From assembly GCA_017856455.1 (NCBI GenBank), contig JAFMEZ010000001.1, positions 10,439 through 74,438 of the forward strand: a stretch of DNA of 64,000 bases, read 5' to 3'. The DNA is from Parafilimonas sp. (GTDB lineage: Bacteria; Bacteroidota; Bacteroidia; Chitinophagales; Chitinophagaceae). Both the position numbers and the translations under genes were made by a program. Positions within the stretch are counted from its first letter, which is position 1, and the number at the start of each line of letters is the position of its first letter. A model generated the notes under the pieces. That model was not told the origin of the DNA, did no database searches, and saw only the letters and a list, made by a program, of their open reading frames with translations. This document shows, in pieces, positions 59,413 to 64,000 of the stretch.

Positions 59413-60066
59413 ATGTTACGTGCAAATGATATTGTAAAGTCCTACGGACACCTTCAGGTACTCAGGGGTATTGATATAGAAATCACTCAAGGTGAAATTG
59501 TGAGCATTGTTGGTTCCTCCGGTGCTGGAAAAACTTCGCTTTTGCATATTCTTGGAACTTTGGAAAAGCCTGATGCTGGTGAATTATTATTTGAAGGGAA
59601 GGCATTGCATACATTTAGCAGTAGCCAATTGTCGGAATTTAGAAATAGAAGAATTGGGTTTGTTTTTCAATTTCATCATTTATTGCCAGAATTTACTGCA
59701 CTCGAAAATGTTTCAATTCCAGGTTGGATAGCGGGAAAGTCAAATAAGCAAGTTGCTCAAGATGCAATTGATTTATTGGATCGATTAGGCTTGTCGGATA
59801 AGTTAAATGCAAAACCGAGTGAGCTATCAGGTGGCGAGCAACAAAGGGTTGCAGTTGCGCGATCTCTTATCAATAAGCCTGGTATTGTATTTGCAGATGA
59901 ACCCACCGGAAATTTAGATTCTGCCAATGCAAGGTCACTTCACAACTTGTTTCAGCAATTAAGAGATGAGCTTCAGCAAACATTTGTTATTGTAACGCAC
60001 AATGAAGAGTTGGCATCGATGAGCAATCGAGTGCTTCATCTCAAAGATGGGAAATGGCAATCGTAA
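59413..60066 (+). CDS. lolD: ABC transporter ATP-binding protein, LolD-like
   Basis: [40 protein letters not shown]. Confidence 0.82.
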   Translation: MLRANDIVKSYGHLQVLRGIDIEITQGEIVSIVGSSGAGKTSLLHILGTLEKPDAGELLFEGKALHTFSSSQLSEFRNRRIGFVFQFHHLLPEFTALENVSIPGWIAGKSNKQVAQDAIDLLDRLGLSDKLNAKPSELSGGEQQRVAVARSLINKPGIVFADEPTGNLDSANARSLHNLFQQLRDELQQTFVIVTHNEELASMSNRVLHLKDGKWQS

Positions 60067-60627
60067 TTAAACGCGTGGATGCCATTGTTGTTCTTCCACA
60101 TTTAATTTTAGAGCTACATATCGACCAAGTACAAACAAGTAATCACTCAAGCGATTGATGTATTTGATGATTAAATGATCATGCTCTTCATCAGGCAATA
60201 GTAACTTTACAATAAGTCGCTCTGATCTTCTGCAAACGCATCTTGCAATGTGAATATTAGACACTGTTGTGTGTCCGCCTGGCAAAATGAAAAATTGTAA
60301 GGGCTGAAGTTCTTCGTCGAGCTTGTCTATCTCGCTTTCAAGAAAGAATACATCAGTCTCTTTCAGATCAGGTATTTTTAGTTTTGATTCTTTTGAGGGA
60401 TCACAAGCAAGTGCAGATCCAACAGTGAATAGCCTGTCTTGAATTTCTTTAAGAACTGTTTTTATAGCCGGGATGTCAACAAGGTCTCTGCATAAACCAA
60501 TGTAGGCATTCAACTCATCAATGGTTCCATATGCTTCGATTCTTTCGTGCGACTTAAGCACTTTAGTGCCTCCAATCAATGAAGTTGTTCCTCTATCGCC
60601 TGTTTTGGTGTATACTCTTGCAGCCAT
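60067..60627 (-). CDS. PduO-type cob(I)alamin adenosyltransferase
   Basis: VYTKTGD.G.T, YGTIDELN, FILPGG, RRSER, NRLSDYLF. Confidence 0.93.
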   Translation of the reverse strand: MAARVYTKTGDRGTTSLIGGTKVLKSHERIEAYGTIDELNAYIGLCRDLVDIPAIKTVLKEIQDRLFTVGSALACDPSKESKLKIPDLKETDVFFLESEIDKLDEELQPLQFFILPGGHTTVSNIHIARCVCRRSERLIVKLLLPDEEHDHLIIKYINRLSDYLFVLGRYVALKLNVEEQQWHPRV

Positions 60628-60692
60628 AATCACAATTGCTTTCAAACATAATGTGTTATCAACTCTTTTGTTCGGGAAAGCCCAAACTTTTT

Positions 60693-61397
60693 TTACACAA
60701 GTTCTGCTGTTTGTTTTCTTTTATCGCTTTCAATCAGCCCATCTCTTAAACGAATGACTCTTTTTGCATAATTTGAGATGTCTTCTTCATGTGTTACCAA
60801 AACAACTGTATTGCCGTCGGCATGAATTTTTGAAAAAATATTCATGATTTCGTAAGAGGTTTTTGTGTCGAGATTTCCGGTTGGTTCGTCGGCAAGAATA
60901 ATTGATGGGTTATTCACAAGTGCTCTTGCAATGGCTACACGCTGACATTGGCCGCCAGACAGTTCGTTTGGTTTATGGTGACTTCTATCTGCCAAATCAA
61001 CTTTGCGAAGCACTTCTTCAGCCATTTCATTTCTGACTTTTTTAGGTATCCCAGCGTATACCAATGGAAGCGCGACATTCTCTAATGCACTGAGTCTGGG
61101 CAACAGGTTGAATTGCTGAAATACGAATCCGATCTCTTTATTTCGAATTCCAGCCAACTCATTGTCATGCATTGTACTCACATCATGACCATTCAAAATG
61201 TATTTACCTGCAGTGGGTGAATCTAGACATCCCAGGATATTCATCAAAGTACTTTTTCCCGAGCCAGATGGGCCCATCAAAGCAACGTAGTCGTTGCGTT
61301 CGATATCAAGAGTAATTCCTTTCAAAACCTGAAGTTCTTGCTTCCCCATGAAATAGCTTTTGCGGATCTCTTCAAGTTTGATTACAGCATTTTCCAT
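60693..61397 (-). CDS. ABC transporter ATP-binding protein (MacB/LolD-like)
   Basis: [24 protein letters not shown]. Confidence 0.92.
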   Translation of the reverse strand: MENAVIKLEEIRKSYFMGKQELQVLKGITLDIERNDYVALMGPSGSGKSTLMNILGCLDSPTAGKYILNGHDVSTMHDNELAGIRNKEIGFVFQQFNLLPRLSALENVALPLVYAGIPKKVRNEMAEEVLRKVDLADRSHHKPNELSGGQCQRVAIARALVNNPSIILADEPTGNLDTKTSYEIMNIFSKIHADGNTVVLVTHEEDISNYAKRVIRLRDGLIESDKRKQTAELV

Positions 61398-61399
61398 TG

Positions 61400-61690
61400 T
61401 TATTTTTTTATCACTTTCGGAACGGTAAAAAATCTATCCTTTGATGCTGGTGCATTTTTAAGTGCATCTTCAATATCAATAGATCCTTGAACTTGATCTT
61501 CTCTCAATCGATTTGCCTCATCACTAACATGGGTCAATGGAGCTATACCTTTTGTGTCCAACTCATTGAGTTTTTCAACAAATCCAATCATTTGTTCAAG
61601 ATCTTGCTGGATACTAACCAGTTCTTCTTCATTGAATGCTAGTCTTGATAATTCAGCAAGTTTTTTTGTTGTTTGTTTATCCAGCTTCAT
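61400..61690 (-). CDS. gatC: Asp/Glu-tRNA amidotransferase subunit C
   Basis: LA.LSRL, L.ELDT, LRED, NAP....FF.VPKVI. Confidence 0.92.
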   Translation of the reverse strand: MKLDKQTTKKLAELSRLAFNEEELVSIQQDLEQMIGFVEKLNELDTKGIAPLTHVSDEANRLREDQVQGSIDIEDALKNAPASKDRFFTVPKVIKK

Positions 61691-61815
61691 GATGTCGATT
61701 CTGTGCACGAATTTACTCAATAACCCATCAAATCAATTTCAATATTTGATGAGCGGTAATCCCCCTAGGAATGCCATCTCATTCTGTCATATTTGACAAT
61801 TCATATATTTGCGGC

Positions 61816-62817
61816 ATGAGCAAGCAGAATGCAATTGTAATGAGCGGTATCAGGCCCACAGGATTTTTACATTTGGGTAATTATTTTGGTGCAATGAGGA
61901 ACTATGTTAAGCTACAGGAAGAATATACCTGTTTCTTTATGGTGGCCGATTTACATGCACTTACAACACATCCAGATACAAAGGAGCTAAAAAGCAATGT
62001 TCATAGGGTTTTGGCAGAAAATATTGCCTGTGGCATTGATCCAGATAAAGCAGCACTTTACTGTCAGAGTCATATCAGGGAAACATCAGAATTATACCTT
62101 TATTTGAACATGCTGGCTTATTTAGGCGAGCTTGAAAAAACAACCACTTTTAAGGATAAGGCAAGGTTGCAGCCAGACAATATCAATGCAGGGTTGCTTA
62201 CATACCCGGTGCTACAGGCAGCGGATATCATTCTGCATCGTGCCACATGGGTTCCTGTAGGAAAGGACCAAGAACAGCATCTTGAGATGGCAAGAAATTT
62301 TGTGAACAGATTCAATCATCGTTATGGCAATGTTTTTCCTGAACCGATGGCATACAATTTTGGCGATGACCTGGTAAAAGTGCCAAGTTTAGACGGAACG
62401 GGTAAAATGAGCAAGAGTGAGAACCAGTTGGCTACACTCTATCTGGCCGACTCAGATGATATGATTGTAAAGAAAGTGATGAAGGCGAAAACGGATAGTG
62501 GTCCCACTGAACCAAACAGTACAAAACCAGATTATATCGAAAATATTTTTCAATTGATGCGGTTAGTAAGCAGTGCAGATGTTGTTTTACATTTTGAAAA
62601 AGCATTCAATGAATGTAATATTCGTTATGGCGATATGAAAAAGCAATTGGCGGAAGATATGGTAAAGTTCATTTCCCCAATTCGTGAAAAAGCTGAAGAC
62701 ATCAGAACCAACGAAAAATATCTCACAGCGATTATGGAGAAAGGAGCTGAAAAAGCTAGAAAAAGTGCATCCGACACAATGCATTTGGTGAGGGAGGCGA
62801 TGGGCCTAAACTATTGA
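61816..62817 (+). CDS. trpS: Tryptophan--tRNA ligase
   Basis: SGIRPTG.LHLGNY, YPVLQAADI, VPVGKDQ.QH, KMSKS; ATG 61816. Confidence 0.97.
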   Translation: MSKQNAIVMSGIRPTGFLHLGNYFGAMRNYVKLQEEYTCFFMVADLHALTTHPDTKELKSNVHRVLAENIACGIDPDKAALYCQSHIRETSELYLYLNMLAYLGELEKTTTFKDKARLQPDNINAGLLTYPVLQAADIILHRATWVPVGKDQEQHLEMARNFVNRFNHRYGNVFPEPMAYNFGDDLVKVPSLDGTGKMSKSENQLATLYLADSDDMIVKKVMKAKTDSGPTEPNSTKPDYIENIFQLMRLVSSADVVLHFEKAFNECNIRYGDMKKQLAEDMVKFISPIREKAEDIRTNEKYLTAIMEKGAEKARKSASDTMHLVREAMGLNY

Positions 62818-62920
62818 TTAAATAATATCCACATATTCAAAAAAAATACACTCAAAGCTTGTTTTTTGAAAATGAATATGTACTTTGAACGCTATTCAAA
62901 AGGGTTAGAATAAGTTACCT

Positions 62921-63556
62921 ATGGCCAAAGCTAAGAAACCAAAACATGTTGCTATTGCAGGAAATATTGGTGCAGGAAAGACAACACTCACTGAATTGCT
63001 AAGCAAACATTATCGATGGATCCCTCAATTTGAGGATGTTGATCAAAATCCATATCTGTACGACTTTTATGAGGACATGCCCAGGTGGAGTTTCAATCTT
63101 CAGATCTACTTCTTGAACAGTCGATTGAATCAGTTGATTGAAATTAGCAAAGGCACTGAGACTGTTATTCAGGACAGAACCATTTATGAGGATGCCTACA
63201 TTTTTGCGCCAAATCTCCATGAAATGGGATTGATGAGCAAACGAGATTTTGATAATTATTTTGATTTTTTTCAGAATTTAAGACAAATGGTCAAGCCGCC
63301 AGATTTGATGATTTATTTGCAGGCTTCTGTTCCTACATTGGTCGGACAAATTCAAAAGCGCGGAAGGGAGTATGAAGAAAATATTCGCCTTGATTATTTG
63401 AAAAGGCTGAATGAATTCTACAACAAATGGATTGATGGGTACAAAGAAGGCCCACTGCTCATCATTAATGTTGATGAAAACAAGTTTGCAGAAAATGAAG
63501 AAGATCTTGGAAAGATCATTGCAAAAGTTGATGCAGAATTATACGGCTTATTTTAG
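62921..63556 (+). CDS. Deoxynucleoside kinase
   Basis: GNIGAGKTT, QIYFL..R, DRTIYED, RGREYE. Confidence 0.93.
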   Translation: MAKAKKPKHVAIAGNIGAGKTTLTELLSKHYRWIPQFEDVDQNPYLYDFYEDMPRWSFNLQIYFLNSRLNQLIEISKGTETVIQDRTIYEDAYIFAPNLHEMGLMSKRDFDNYFDFFQNLRQMVKPPDLMIYLQASVPTLVGQIQKRGREYEENIRLDYLKRLNEFYNKWIDGYKEGPLLIINVDENKFAENEEDLGKIIAKVDAELYGLF

Positions 63557-64000
63557 TTAATCAACAAAGACCTCAAAATTGCTATTCTGTGGAATAGGAT
63601 GAAGTGTAGAGGCAAGTTCTAATAATTTCCATACTGCAGCTCTACCTTTTGATCCAAGTTCAAGTGAATATTCGTTCACATAAAGGTCAATATGCTGTTG
63701 CATCACCTCAGGTTTCATCGTTTGTGCATGTTTCACAACAAAATCGGGCAATGAACTTTTGTGTTCAAATGCATACTCAAGACTTCTTTTGATAACCCGA
63801 TTGATTTTTCTCAGTAAGGTTATATCAAAATGTCTCTTAGCAATGATTCCGCCCAATGGAATTGGAAATCCGGTATTGCTTTCCCATGTATCACCTAAAT
63901 CTTCTAATTTATTGAGACCCCTTTCTGAATATGTAAAACGATTCTCATGTATGATTATACCAGCATCTGCTTTTCCATTTAACACTGCATCTTCGATTTG
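63557..64000 (-). CDS. mqnD: 1,4-dihydroxy-6-naphthoate synthase (futalosine pathway), C-terminal part; starts beyond the right edge
   Basis: IIHENRFTY, DLG..WE..T..PIPLGG, HI.LYVN.YS. Confidence 0.9.
   Translation of the reverse strand, partial: QIEDAVLNGKADAGIIIHENRFTYSERGLNKLEDLGDTWESNTGFPIPLGGIIAKRHFDITLLRKINRVIKRSLEYAFEHKSSLPDFVVKHAQTMKPEVMQQHIDLYVNEYSLELGSKGRAAVWKLLELASTLHPIPQNSNFEVFVD

Noticed and set aside
31537-62817. N-terminal extensions in the ORF track (for example 32160, 34344, 34946, 44997, 53958, 59324, 61720, 61771)
   Set aside because: They overlap neighbouring genes or run through -7 promoter boxes; downstream starts fit the family N-termini better.
1-64000. Prophage, CRISPR-Cas, toxin-antitoxin, restriction or other defence system
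   Set aside because: Every long ORF is accounted for by housekeeping, envelope or hydrolase families; no such genes or arrays were seen.

Overview
Chromosomal, mostly core-genome window of an AT-rich Bacteroidota, most likely Chitinophagaceae/Sediminibacterium-like. The assignment rests on T9SS CTD proteins, PorP/SprF, TAnnTTTG -7 promoters, Gln after signal peptides and mqnD. It holds dnaA, tRNA-Ser(GCT), tRNA-Pro(TGG), a 12 kb run of secreted hydrolases, a SAM-I riboswitch-controlled metX-hom operon, uvrA, recG, recN, grpE-dnaJ, fmt, prmC, pepT, fabI, trpS, gatC and others. I see no mobile element, prophage, CRISPR array or defence system. The strongest unexplained signals are regulatory: (1) a ~210 nt structured dnaA leader in which a perfect 10-bp helix (CATTAGTCCT/AGGACTAATG) sequesters the start codon; (2) recG appears to need a non-canonical ATA/ATT start; (3) several translation-related genes look leaderless; (4) a sigma54-like motif precedes grpE-dnaJ; (5) 11 of 13 convergent gene junctions leave no room for a terminator. 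Family calls come from motif recognition by eye, not database searches.
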